Source: Marsupella aquatica (lineage: Eukaryota > Plantae > Marchantiophyta). From it: 64,000 nt of DNA. The notes under the pieces are model-generated. The model was not told the origin of the DNA. It saw nothing but the letters and a program-made list of their open reading frames with translations, and did not search any database. Positions 1-12,917 of this stretch are shown here, piece after piece. Location of the stretch: positions 27,153,252-27,217,251 of the forward strand of contig OZ316893.1 in NCBI GenBank assembly GCA_973895155.1. The letters are read 5' to 3'. Position numbers and translations under genes: made by a program. Position 1 is the stretch's first letter, and each line of letters starts with the position of its first letter.

Positions 1-107
1 TGCATTCTTCAAGCTGCCCAAACTGACAAGTAAAATTGCAGGACAAGCGTCGAGAATTCAATACCCAGAGGGTACACACCGAGATGGTTGAAGATTCAGA
101 AATATAC

Positions 108-815
108 CTGACGGGCGAGCTTGCGGTAAGCAGTCTTAATCTCCTGTTTCGTTGCAGACTTAGAAACCCCAAGAGTACTATAAAAATCGGCAGCCATTGC
201 AACACTTAACTTCCCTCTCCTCGAGCTGCTCCTGCTGTAACTATTCAGACCTTGTGACTGTGACCTCCTTAGAGACCCCCAGGATGATCCAAAACCAGCG
301 AAAAAGGAGCCTTCTGTCTCAGAACTCATCAGCTTCTTGCTAAAACATTCTTGAAAACCTCTGTCGTTGTGGCTCATTCCCACACAAAACAAAGAGGCGG
401 ATGCAGAAACAACAGGCCTTTCAATTCCCCCAAAACCAAAATTACCCATTCCCGAAATACCATGTCTTCTGACGCTTCTCTCTGCAAAATGAACCGCCAG
501 TGCCCCTCCTACGCCTTCTACCACCATCATCCTAGATTTTTCAAATTCACTGTTATTACTTCTACTATTCCGCCTTCCCCTACTTTGTAAGCAACACGAA
601 GACTGAGTGCAAGCAATCGACACATTCCCTGCATTCCCCCAGACCGCCACGACAGATGGGCTGCTACCGCAGCAGCTCAAATGGACATTGCTGATGCCGT
701 GCACAGAGGGTGATGCTCGCCCCGATGTAGAACAGCACGCAGCACCACCACCACCACTTACTCGGTTGCTATGAAGGGCGCACATAATGTGTGCGGCAGG
801 GGCCCCCATTGCCAT
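108..815 (-). CDS. DnaJ/Hsp40 chaperone, probably plastid-targeted; first coding exon only (gene continues off the left edge)
   Basis: Long Ser/Gly-rich transit-peptide-like N-terminus followed by the J-domain start MAADFYSTLGVSKSATKQEIKTAYRKLARQ. A canonical CAG|GTATAT donor lies at 108/107. Confidence 0.88.
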
Positions 816-1291
816 CGGGTATGGGATCCCCCCTTCCCCTTCCGCCTTCCCCCCAACCCCGAATCTGCTCTCGCAGACTCCTCGTCTCCTGCACCTACCT
901 GTCTAACCTCCCATACGGTCTTGTGCCCACCTCGTCGAGCATTACGCGCTAGTCCTCCTTCAATTCAATCTCCGACTGCACGAAATCGTTTCGGAAATGT
1001 TGACAATAATTCTCATAATGCTCACGAGAAGATGCCGGTGAAAACCTTCCGTGAACCAAATCCCGTCCTCAATCCAGAATGAAAGAGCGAGTGAATACCA
1101 AGAGCCAGGCAGAGCGGCCAGCAGTTCGAGACTCTACTGCTTCCTTTGGGATAGCGTGGGAGGGAAAGCATGAGCTGGAGCTACAGATGAATACGTTCCT
1201 GAGAAGTCAGGAACGACCTCCGCCATAGCTGCCTGCTGGTGCTTCCCTGGCCTTCCTACTGAGCCATGCCCATGAGAGAATTGCCCTCCTC

Positions 1292-2014
1292 GTCAGGAAC
1301 GGGAGCTAAAACCCTACAGTAGAAACAATAAACTTGAAATTTAGAGGTGCTCTAAAGAAAACCATAGTAGTCGTCTCACCTAGTGATCCTCAATTAGTTT
1401 CAAGCTGCTGAGAAGAGAAGAGAAGTGAAGTGAAGAGCAGCCAGGTTTAACTAGAGTTGTCCATCACCACGTCCTTAGTTTTGGGCATAATTATGCTTTT
1501 CTTTCGGTGCACTCTCTCCACCCACTCCTCTCTCTATTTACTTTTTGTAGGAGCTCCTCATTGCCCTTGCACACCCAAGATTCTTTCCCCAAAACACATG
1601 TGGTACACCCCTTGCTTGCTTTTTATGTTACCTATACCAGTGTAACAGCCTCCTCGCCTTCCGCCCCCCCCCCCCCCCCCCCCTTGTCAGGAACGGGAGC
1701 TAAAACCCTATGGTGGAAACAATAAATTTGAAATTTAGAGGTACCTGAAGAAAAATATAGTAGTCATCTCAACTAGTGATCCTCAATTAGTTCAAGCTGC
1801 TGAGAAGAGAAGAGAAGAGAAGAGAAGAGAAGAGAAGAGAAGAGAAGCCAGGTTTAACTAAAGTTGTCCATCACCACTTCCTTACTTTTGGGCATAATTA
1901 TGTTTTTCTTTTGGCGCACTCTGTCCGCCCACTCCTATCCTTAATCTACTTTTTGTAGGAGCTCCTCATTGCCCTTGCATAGCACATCCAAGATTCTTTT
2001 CCCAAACACACATG
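1292..2014. repeat. Tandem duplication, period about 394 bp, with an AGAAG microsatellite and a poly-C run
   Basis: GTCAGGAACGGGAGCTAAAACCCTA...GTTGTCCATCACCAC...GGAGCTCCTCATTGCCCTTGCA starts at 1292 and again at 1686. (AGAAG)n is expanded in copy 2 (about 1803-1847). Confidence 0.9.
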
Positions 2015-4833
2015 AAATAGATAAACTCATGATCTACTTAATACCTGACAAAACAATGTGAGGCTCTTTGAAAAGCTTGAAAACTTCAAAACTCATGATC
2101 TCTTCAATGCTTGACAAAATCTGTCAATGTAGACTCATTGGAAAGCTAGACCAGCTAATACTGATGAAAAATCAGTGGATGAGTTATGGCTAGAGGTGAG
2201 ATACCTCTCAACCCCTGAGCTGTAGTTCACCCCTAAATGCGTTGAGACTCAACAATTGTTCAATTGTTCCCCTGTAGAAAACTGTAAACTATTACGATTT
2301 TATAATCACATAGCTTAAACAAAATTTATTTTTTGTATAATTTTTCCAGCCCTATATGATTTTTCAAGACACTGGTAAGGTATGATTCACCAGTAAAATA
2401 GATATTTCATAAAAAAAAGTTAATTTTTTGGAAAACACTTATTTTTTCAAAATTTCACTCAAAAACTTGTAATTTTTCTTGTAGTCACCTATTTCATTGG
2501 ATAAAAGAACCTAATGATTTAGACTCTTTGCATAGTTTGAGATCTTTAGAACAAAGTAATAGAAAAAGAGGAATATACAAAAATTCATGATGTCCTTAAT
2601 ACTTGACAATTTGCCAATGTAAGTCTCAATGAAAAGTTATTTCTTAGACGTGTCCAAGTCTCTAAACACAAAAGGTTTCATTTTGAGATGAGTGCAAAAA
2701 CTAATGTGAAATAGTTCTTGTTGAGGACAAAGCTAGCTCCTTGTGGAGCAATTGGATGAAGTACAAGCAAGGCCCACTGCCAAGGCCAAAGGATGTCCAC
2801 TTTTGCCATCTTTGTTGTGAAAATACTCATACATGGCTCCAACATGTGCAACACATACCACAAGAATTATAGACACTCATGGGTGGTCAGGTTCTTGCAT
2901 ACTTTTAGGATACAGCCTTTATTGTTATCATAATTTGAGTCAAAGCAGGAAGACTGGTAGTTTGGCTGAAGGAGAGAGTCAGGCCCTAGAGGCTGGTGCA
3001 CTCCGATGCCTTGTCTAAGTTGCAGATAATCTCCACCATGTTCATGACTTTATAGCAGCACCTATATACACCACTTAATTTCAGGAATGAGGGGCTCTTG
3101 GCCTGGGGAAGACAAAGAGCCTCCTAAGGGTGAGACACATGAGTCGGAACTCAGAATTTCTCCTAATTGCGGAGTGAATTGGATATTTAATTGCTTTGGG
3201 AGTCCAAAGTTCAGGAAGATTCCTAGGTCTCCAAAATGTCAAATCTTTGGGCATGATTATCTATTGCCTGACTCGATTAGACTAAATGAGAAGACTGTCG
3301 GGATCCAAAGGACATTGACACTATCTACTGAGAATGCACAAAGGAAATTGCAGCAAGAATCTTTTGCCTCTTAAAGCGCCACTGTAAAACCTGGTTACAC
3401 CAGGTTTCACCATTTTTAGTATACTTTTCTTGAAATTGTGGAGCAAAGTCTCATGCTAGAGGAGAGAAATGTGAAAAAGTGAAGAGTCTTGGACACTTCT
3501 CCTTTTATATGGACAGTGGTGGTTTAAGGAAGATGGAGGAAGATCTTAACCAAGAGCTTCACTGGGACAAGACGTTCTATACAATTTATTTTGGTGTGTG
3601 ACTGTCACAAACGGCCCCATGGTATGTTCAATGGCAGTAAAGCGTTGCAGCAAAATCTACTAGACCCGTGCTAGGCAAGATAATGTATGCTAAAGAGAAC
3701 CCAATGTTCAGTTTGAGTCAAGTAATGATTTGAGGTAAAAGGAAAAACAAAAAGTAAAACAAAAACTGTTCGCAAATAAATTTTTTATTAGCAATGCAAA
3801 TAGATTATTGTAAGTGAGGGAGCTAACAATGACAATTATCCTTTCAACAAATACAAATTGTACATTTAAGGTTGCAAAAATTGCAAATGATGTTGCTTCA
3901 TGTGAGTTAAAAATCTACTAATAATGTGAGCAAGTTTTTGCTTTTTTCTCATTTAGTTAAATACCTGGATCAATTTATTGAAAGTTCTTCTTGATTGATT
4001 TTGTATTCATATTGGGAGGCTGATTGGGATTAATGGAAGCACATGAAATGGACCATTTCTCTTCATTCAATGAGAGTGTATTGCTTCCACTTTTATTAAA
4101 TGAAGATTGACTGATACTTTTCTTTAAATTAAAACATTGCTATCCCTCTTCTATAAATTTTCAAATCACCAAAAAGTAAACTATTAAATAATCCATTAGA
4201 CTTATAATCAACATAAGCCATCAAAACATGGCTCGACGTGTCAAGAAAATATGCACCTTTACTAATTTGTGCATCATATGAAAAAGCCAACATATCGATC
4301 TGATGAGTTACTTATGTCATAGCAAAATTATGGTAGAAATATCACTGGCAACCTTGCTAACAATATTTAATATATCATGAATAAGAACCTGCATAAAAAT
4401 GCATATGTTTAGGCTATTAATCAAAGCATTCAATGTTGATCACAAATTTTTCCAAGGATGAAGGACCTAATTTTTTGTGATCCTACAACATTGAGTAATA
4501 ATAAAACTACTTTTTAAAGGAATTATCATTTTAGTATCATTTTAGCAACTATGCTAGCAATATTATTATTCCAAATCAACAAAACAACTTCCTGCCATTA
4601 TTGAGTAATTTTGTTAGCCATACTCCTACAAATATTGATCAATAGCCAAAATCAACATAAATTATAAACTAGCATTGAGTCATAACTCCTTTTCAGAGGC
4701 ATCATCACTCTATAGTGTCAGCAACCTAGGTAATTATGTTCATATTCAAAATGTTCAGCATAGACTGATCTATTGATATTTAGTGATGATCATTCCTTAA
4801 ATTCATTATTGTTTTATGATTATTATCATTGAC

Positions 4834-7800
4834 TGTGATGCCTAGCCAGGAATCACTAGGCCAGTTAAAATGGTAAAATCGGAAGTGTACCCTGAAAACA
4901 CCTTAGTATAGTAACAAAACAAGGACAATATAAACAATTAAGGGTAACTATGGAACCCAAGCCAAGGCCGGAAGTAAGAACGCCACGGCAGGGAACGCGA
5001 TTAGGTATGGGCGCGCTAAGTGCCGGCGGCTATGGGTAACCAACGGGAAGGGAGACCAGGCAAGGGGGGTAAGGACCGATCACAATGAATGGTGGCTCAT
5101 TTGTGAGCACAAACCAAGCAGACGATTACGAGAAGCCAACTGCTGTCAGTTGCTTAGGCACTATGGGCGGGAGTAGATACCGACTATCAACTCAAGGAGG
5201 GCATGAGCAACGTCAATCAAGCTGCTCATTTCTGGGGATGCCTGTTCGAACGGGCAACTGAGTACATTGGGACCTACGAGGACGAAGAATTAGAAAGGGC
5301 AGCTCGAGAACGGCAGGAGCTCGCTCGACTGTGGGAACTGCAAAAGTCTGCCTTCCTAGGAGGAGAACTTATCAAGGCCGAGTTCTTGTGGACTCAAACT
5401 GCCAATCAGCTCGACGACCTTCTGTTTTGTGAGAACAGAATCGTAGGCATTTGGGAAGCCATCAACCGTTGCAACGACATACATTGGGACCTAAAGGGTA
5501 GCATGAAGGTGTGGACAAAGGCAACCGTGCTTGGAGAAACATCCACAGCAGCCGCCATGAAGAGGAAAGGGTCCAACAACGAAGAGGCCACCCCCGCAAA
5601 GAGAACAAGGTCGGCAACACCAAAGAAGCCAGCCGAGCAAGGGAGGAGGAGGCAGGGGGAAGCTGAAGAAGAGGAGGTCGACCCAATCAATGTCGTTCCA
5701 ACGAGGGATGACACCTGGAGGGGTTGGGCGTCGACCCTCCCAGAGGAAGTGCAATTATACTTTGCATGAGAGGAGGATGCATGCTTTACGGCTATGCAGA
5801 CTCGGAAATACCAGGGCTTCATGGCCGGATCCGGCTTGGAAGCCTTCGTGAAATTACCATGGCTGAAGCCGGAGGTGCCGGATTCTGACTTATTAGAATT
5901 CGTGGGATCATGGGATTCCGAGACAATTCCACAAGGGTGTATGGGAAGGATTTTTATCTCACTTCCCAGGTGATTGCCGAAGTGTTTGGCTTGCCGATGG
6001 GCAATAAGACCAAAGTAGATACTCGGAAGACCTTGCCAGACAAGGAGTTCAGATCATTCCCAAGGCCATCGACAAAGAACGGCTTCTTCCGGAACATCTG
6101 CACCAGCCCGCACATTGGTGAGATGATCGATTTCTTGCGGGTAACCATGCCTGCAACTTGCCGAGGCCAGAGATTGGCAAGGCACAGGTCTACCTAGCGG
6201 AGAGGTCAGACCCAAGTCGGGACTCCAACGGGTACCTCCTCACCCAACTAAAAAAGATCTTGAAGGAGGAACAACAGGTGATCGGTCATGGAAGCGTATC
6301 TGGGCTTGGCTATCACATACCGTTGTTGTGCCGGTATGCCTGGAGTCAGATTTTTGCCCCAGTACTTCCCCTACAGGCAAGGGCACCAGAAGAGGTTCGG
6401 AACAGAGGCCGGCAGCAGAGAAACCCAACCAGCCCGACAGTCCTACGATCGAGCAAGTGTTTAGGCCGAGGACGGAAAACTTGTCGATGCAGCAACCAGG
6501 CATGCAGAATCTTCTGAAATTGCTGGAGAAGGAAAAGAAGGCTACGACGGCGACGGCAACGGCACCGGTACAGGACACTGCTCAAGAGGCAGGCCTAAAG
6601 CGACTCACAAGGGAAAACCCCTTTACCAAAGCCAAGGAAAGAAGGAGGCCGGAACACGAGCCGGGGGTTTGGATGTATGTGGAAGCCGCGAGTCCAAAAA
6701 CCAATGGAGAGCAACCCAAAGCTCCTGGTCGCGATGAAGAGAAGGAGAGGACAACCTGGAAGCTGGAGGAGGAACCAGGACCCGTGAGCTGTGTTCGGCA
6801 AGAGGCCGTGTTCACAGCAAGACCAGGAGAGCAACGGGGGGAGCCGGTAGTCCAAGCCGAGGAGGAGGTGGTGGAGGACTATGGCAATGACGACTCCGGC
6901 TACGGGTCAAACCATCATGTCCCAGGAGTGAGGACATGTGGCCGCTTCATCCCCACGCTTCCTAGAGTAGTTCGAGGAGACCCCAACCACCAGAGGTTGC
7001 TCCCCCGAGATTTGACGGGATAAAACAGACGGCACAAGAGTTGCAAGAGCAACTCAGGGAAGAAGAGGAGGCAGCCCTGGCCAAGGAGAAGGATTTACCT
7101 TGGGGAGAATGGCCAGAGGACATCCGGCGGCTTGCAGAAAAATGAAGCAGCCCTCCACCCACGTTAGAAGAGGTCCGAAAGGCGGCTTGGGAACAAAGGC
7201 CGCGGTGGGTGATGTCGATGACTACTACCCACTCCACATATGCGCAAGACAGAGCCATGGAGTACGGGGAGATGTGTGGGGAACTTGCGCTCAGCATCTT
7301 TGGGGAGGAGTTGGAGCAAGGACCTTTTTTCCAGAGAGAGATGTTGGAAAAAAGCCGATTGGAGGAAGCGGTGGCTTTGGAAAGGATGAAGAAGGACGAG
7401 GTCATCCGATGGCTTAGGGAGAAGGAAGCCGAGGCAGAGGACCTGAAGGCGGCCAAGAAAGCCCAAGATGAGCTACGGATTAAGCGACATGAGCTCAACA
7501 TCATGCAGGGGAAACTGGATACCGCTTAGTCTGATAATCAGATTATCAAAGATAAACTGACTCAGACTCAAGGGGAGTTGGCCGACGCGGTCAAGGAGAA
7601 GGAGAGGGCGCCAAAGAGGGAGCTCGAGGATCTCCGTAGAGCCCTTGAGCAGAAGGAGGCCAAGTTAGGGACATGTTATCAAGGGATTATTGTGCTACAA
7701 CAGGAGCTTGCATCCTTGACGGCCAGCTTGAAGGCCGACATGCGTGAGAAGGATGATATGCTCGATCAGACTTACGCCAAGATGAACCAGATGGAGTTTG

Positions 7801-9428
7801 AGGTCGTCCGAGAGCTCGACAAGGAACTGAGAGCAACCCAGGAAGAGAGGGCTGCCTTGCAGAAGGAATTGGAGGAAGTGCAGAAAGAGCTAGAGAAGGT
7901 GCGCGGGGACCTGGACAGAACGCTGGAAGAGTTGGAGGAAAGCACGCGGAAGCTGGAGAACTTACAACGGCGAGCCGACAACCAAACGAAGCGGCTGAAG
8001 AAACAAGCCGCAATATTTAAGTGCTTGGCCTCATCAGTTCAAGCTCCAGTTGTGGCAACAAGGTTGCTAGGGGTAGTACTAGCCGAGGGACAAGCCGCGG
8101 CACTCGCACCGGTGCCGGAGGTAGGTGGCAAGGGGAAGGGACCAGCTGCCAAACCAGGGAAGAAAAAGAAGCGGAAACCTTCTGGGTCATGGAGCAGCGC
8201 GGCTTCTCAAGCCACCATGACCAAGGAGGAGAACACGGCACCAACCTCAGGCAAGGTCATGGCATAGGATTCAATTGTCCTAGAAGGCGGGGATGGCAAG
8301 GCCGAGGCCGGGACGATCGTTGATGAAGCCAGGGTAGCGGATCCATCACTAGAGCAGGCCAAAGCTGAGACCAAAGCCGAGGGTGGACCCGGTCAGGCCA
8401 CGGGAGAGTTGACTCGGTCTGGGGCACGTAATCTGTCAGAAGACGGACCTACGGTAGTGGCTACGGAGGAAACATTGGGGGCGTCTGGCATTGAGGATCA
8501 GCCACCGCTACCATGACGGTGGTGGAGGGCCGCTCCTTTTAAGGAGGGAGGACATGGAGGGAGGAGGCGTGAGTGGGCAGGGCGAGCACAAATCTCCAAG
8601 TTTAGAATTAGGATCAGGACCAAGAGACGGCCCTAACACTTAGATTAGTGGGATTGCGGATCCGCTGGTAATAGCAACACTTGTGCTCTTGCCTCGCTGT
8701 ACATAGGTAGATTATAAATATGATAGATTAGGCTTACGCTGCAAGGAATTAGGAGGATCCACTGCCAGGATAAGTACCTGGGCAGCGGGGAGTTTTGGGC
8801 CTTTTTCTTTAGCAATTTTTTAGTGCACCAGCAGAGCTGGGATCAAGTAGTAAAAGAAGCTCTCGATTAGTTATCGGGTTAGTTATACAGTGACCCTTGT
8901 GTATATTCATGTTTCCTCATGCCTAAGAGATGAATAGAGTTGGCCTCACGGCTTAGTTCGCAAATCTTGTGTATGAGAAGTACTGTTTGTATGGCAAGTG
9001 CATGGTATAACTCAGTCAGAAGGAGTCATTTTGCTATTTGTGTGTCGTATTAACTTGTTTGAAGATTGCCCACATCACCCAAGAGAGAAGGGAAGTAAGC
9101 AAGGTAGTAAGAGTTGGATGTGTCGAGCTGAGAGAGGTCTTAGCGGCTAACCCAAGCCAATTGGGGATCATTCCGGCGGTGGAATCCAAACATACCTAAA
9201 GGGAGACCAGGAGAGGAAGACAAAGGAAGGCATAGATTAGGCCGGCTACTTATCTCATGACCCGATGAAGGATCTGTCCAGTATATGTGTGTAAAATGTT
9301 AGTAGAAGAGAGTTAGCAGTGTCCCATGCCGATAAGCCGCGGAACCGGCCTTGCCGAGAGATGAAACCTACGGGAATTGGCTTGTGCAAGGGGGTTCTTG
9401 GGTTTAGGGAGCCATGGGACGCACCACA
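4834..9428 (+). mobile_element. Element A: 4.6-kb solo-LTR-like unit with TG...CA termini carrying a decayed protein-coding gene
   Basis: Starts TGTGATGC and ends GCACCACA (7/8 inverted match). Flanks are TTGAC (4829-4833) and CTGAC (9429-9433), a 5-bp TSD with 1 mismatch. GC content shifts abruptly against the AT-rich flanks. No RT, integrase or transposase motifs. Confidence 0.8.
5203..8516 (+). pseudogene. Element A ORF: PMD/plant-transposon-protein-like domain, low-complexity linker and long coiled coil (stops and frameshifts)
   Basis: Reading through TGA at 5767 gives GLEAFVKLPW...LLEFVGSWDSET, then after a frameshift NSTRVYGKDFYLTSQVIAEVFGLPMG...KNGFF. ORFs 7209 and 7578 are in the same frame, separated by a TAG, and are heptad/EK-rich. 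The protein is similar to the element B ORF. Confidence 0.65.
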
Positions 9429-10578
9429 CTGACCAAGTTAACAATATTGACAATCACAATTTACATAAAAATCTTTCACAAACATTGAATTACTATCACT
9501 TTTTAAAGGTACTGCCCTTTATTGTTAGTGACCTCTTTGACACTATTGACATTTCATCAAAAATGTATCTCTTGTGAAGTCTCTAACAATCAATTGAGTC
9601 AACTTTGAGAATCAGAGTTCAAAACTTTATGTTGTCAATATTAGCAACATATTTGACAACAAAAACAACCAATCTAACAATCATATCTTATTTTCTCAAG
9701 GGTTTGTTAGATTATTGAGATTAGAGTCACAAGCCCTAATATTTGAAAATTCAGTTAGCTAGTCCCATGTATGAAGCAAATGTAGTTCACGTGAAAATCC
9801 ATCTTTCATTAGCCACTTGTATATCGTCAATAATATGATTGTCTAACTCATATTTGAGCCCTTGTTACTTGTGAACTTGTAAAATGTATGTGCACTAGTC
9901 AGCCTAGGGTCCAGAATAGTGTCATATGGACCATGCATTAATTAATAATTGCAGTTCCTCTCTAGCTTACCAATCCAGACACTCAACTTTTTGGTGGTCG
10001 CTATTCGTGCTCTGTGATTGTTGCTTCGTGCCCAGTGATGTTTCGGCATTTGGACTTGATTTTGGCATTAGAGTTAGCTGCTTGGACTTTTTGAGGTTTT
10101 GGGCCTTGCTGCTCTATGCTCAGTTCGGTGCTCGGCATCACTACTTACTGTGGCGTCACTACTTACTGCTTGGTTTTTTCAGTTTGTGCTGCTCTTGGCT
10201 GCAGCTGCTCTGTGCTCCCTCTCTCGTGGCTGTTGTGCATATGGTCACTCTGGGTGTTTTGGCCCAGGTGCTGCTCTCACTCTCTGGTGGTGGCGCTCGT
10301 GCACTCATGGTGCTGCTCTTGCTGGTTGTGCCTCGGTTGCCTGTGCTCTTCATTTATTGCCCCCGGCTGTGCTCTCATTGCTGAACTGTTTTCAGTGTCA
10401 GCTGTGCTGTGGTGCTATCAGTTCAGCCTCAGCTGTGTGTTCGACAATGAGATGGACTATGCAAAGTGGGAGACAAACAACTCTGACTTCTGATAAAGTG
10501 GTGTGGTGGCCAGGAAAGCGGGCATATGGTTGTCCAATGTGTGGCAGAAGGTGGCATCCTATCTATACTAGCCCAATA

Positions 10579-10945
10579 CCTGTGTGTTGCACAAAAAAAT
10601 GTTGAGGTGAGAAAAGATATCGAGGTGAGAAAAAGATGTTGCGATGAAATAAAATGCCCATCAGAGAAAAATTATGGAGGTGAGGAAAAGAGGTCAAAGT
10701 GAGAAAAATAGGGCGATGAGGGAAAAGATGGTGAGGTGAGAAAAACATGTAAAGATGAGGAAAAGATGTTGAGGAGAGAAAAGATATTGAGGTTGAGGGA
10801 ATGATGTTGTGGTAAGAGGAAGATGCCAAAGTCAAAAAAACATAAGATGTCAAGGTGACACAAATTATCAAGGAGAGAAAAAATGCCAAGGGTGAGAAAA
10901 AATGTCAAGTGAGAATAAAATATAGTGGTAAGATAAAGATGTCAA
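10579..10945. repeat. Degenerate minisatellite with a roughly 20-bp unit (GAGGTGAGAAAAAGATGT-like), dispersed family
   Basis: Many GAGGTGAG/AAAAGATGT units. The head CCTGTGTGTTGCACAAAA recurs as CCTGTGCGTTGCACAAAA at about 58266. Confidence 0.8.
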
Positions 10946-11217
10946 ATTAGTTCACACTTTTTTATTAAGGATAGGGTATTATAGTGGTAAAAAATAATAG
11001 AGGGAGTAACACTTCATGTAGGGATGGCTTACTATGCATGGATGGTACCAAAAGGACTCTAGTTGACAGCCCACTTTTTTTGCTTGGAAAAGAGCACCAC
11101 CTTTTCCCTTCACACTAAATGTAATTAAATTTTTGTCTATTCCTTCTCTTTGTCAGCCCCTGCAAATGCAAATGACCATCACTCTATAAAACAGCAGGGC
11201 GTTGTATTATAGTTCTT

Positions 11218-11650
11218 GATAACTAATCTTGATGAAAAGCTAATCCTTATGAAAAGCTGGAATTGGGGTCTACTGTAGGTGTTTAGAGTGAAACCTCTAG
11301 ACACACCTCTAGACACTACTATCTATATAACTAATCTTGATGAGAAACTAAAGTGAAAGCTTCTAGAGTGAAACCTCATATAAGATAATCTTGATGAGAA
11401 ACAAAAGTGAAAGTTTCTAGAGTGAAGCCTCTAGACAAAGACTCTAGGGGCCATCCAAATTTATGCAGATGGAAAAATAGAAAGATGTCATATATGTCAA
11501 ATTGATATCATGCATGATGAGTTTTTATCATGATTTTTTTTGACATGATAAATTATATGCATCAAAATGATGATCATATTTTTGACATGATAAATTATAT
11601 GCATCAAAATGATGATCATATTGACATGAGATATTATGTATGTCAAAATG
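11218..11650. repeat. Cluster of short imperfect direct repeats
   Basis: TAATCTTGATGA(G)AA and TAGAGTGAAACCTCTAGACA recur three or more times. A 43-bp unit TTTTGACATGATAAATTATATGCATCAAAATGATGATCATATT occurs twice at about 11538-11622. Confidence 0.75.
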
Positions 11651-12917
11651 CTCGTGTCAATAGAGGTGAAGATCTTAATTTAGGGGTAGGAGAATCTCTA
11701 TAATCAATTGTAATTTATTCATGATTCATGATCGCGGTTCTTTGTAGATATACTTCAAGTAGATATGATCCATAAGGCTTTTGAATAAATAATCAATAGT
11801 CACTGCTCCATTGTGGAAAGTGAAACGATCTTGCAAGGGGGGCTCGATCCGCTCATTTGTTTCATCGCCTCTCGAAGTGCAGCGTGCAGCTATTTATGAC
11901 ATTTTGAGTAAGCAATGAAGAGTATGATTTAGTATAGATGTTAAATGAATTTTAAAACATTCACGAAGATGTATTGGTCAGATTGCAAAAGCTGTTGCCT
12001 CAAGGTTTTCATATGTTGGGTTGGACCAAACGGATGAAATACCGAAAAATGTCAATACTACTGACCGATTAGATGGCGCTTGCAGCTGTTTGCCATGTTG
12101 CCTCTCCTGAGGCACATCACAATATCATTCCACTATGACAGCAATGAAATTCCATACCTAGCCAGAAGTTTGAAGTAACATGGTGGGGTAGGGTTAAACC
12201 CTAAACCCCAAACTCTTGCATAAGAAACTGGACCACCAGGCTTTGAAAAGCTCCAGGCGCATACTTATGACATTGAGACAGTACGTACCCTTAGTGCTTG
12301 AATCACACATCTTCAGATTCTTTGCCAATTACAACGTGAGGGGACTAGGAGGGCGAATCGAAAATACTCTAAAACTAAAACGTTTCCCACACTTGAGCCT
12401 TCACAAGAAACACTAATCTCGATTTCGTAGTAACTGTCTTAAACTTATTACGAGACATATCGAAAAATTGTTCAATGGCGAAGGTTTCAGTAATGCTAGT
12501 CCCGCACCATTCTGAACACCAACAGAACATATATCAGGATTAGTTAGTTGGCCCGAGTACTGTTTACCAGCTGTACAATTCAGTTTTAAAGATGAAAGAA
12601 ATAATATCCCCACGAATGCATCCATCAGAATGTTCTGAGAAGGCAGTTGGGCAGCACATCACTTCCGCATCAGCTCCAAATACAAGAAGGGAAAGTAACT
12701 GCAGTTTTATCAAAGTTGACTAAGCAACGGTGATTACCTTGAAAAACATGAAGTTTATTTGGTGTGCCCATCCCAGAACTCGATCGTTGACACGCTAAAC
12801 AGTGAGAGCAATTGTGGCTTGTACCAACTTCTCCAGACTTTGCAGTACACAAAATCTCACTTCTGTCAAAAGATCAGAAGGCCCATAAACTCGTACCCGG
12901 AATTTTTCAGAAATCTT

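Noticed and set aside
9926-10605. Overlapping hydrophobic, Cys-rich ORFs of 125-168 aa
   Set aside because: They arise from low-complexity TGCTG/CTC-rich sequence open in several frames, with no recognisable domain or splice structure.
10563-10908. Phe/Ser/His-rich minus-strand ORFs
   Set aside because: They are translations of the GAGGTGAGAAAAAGAT minisatellite.
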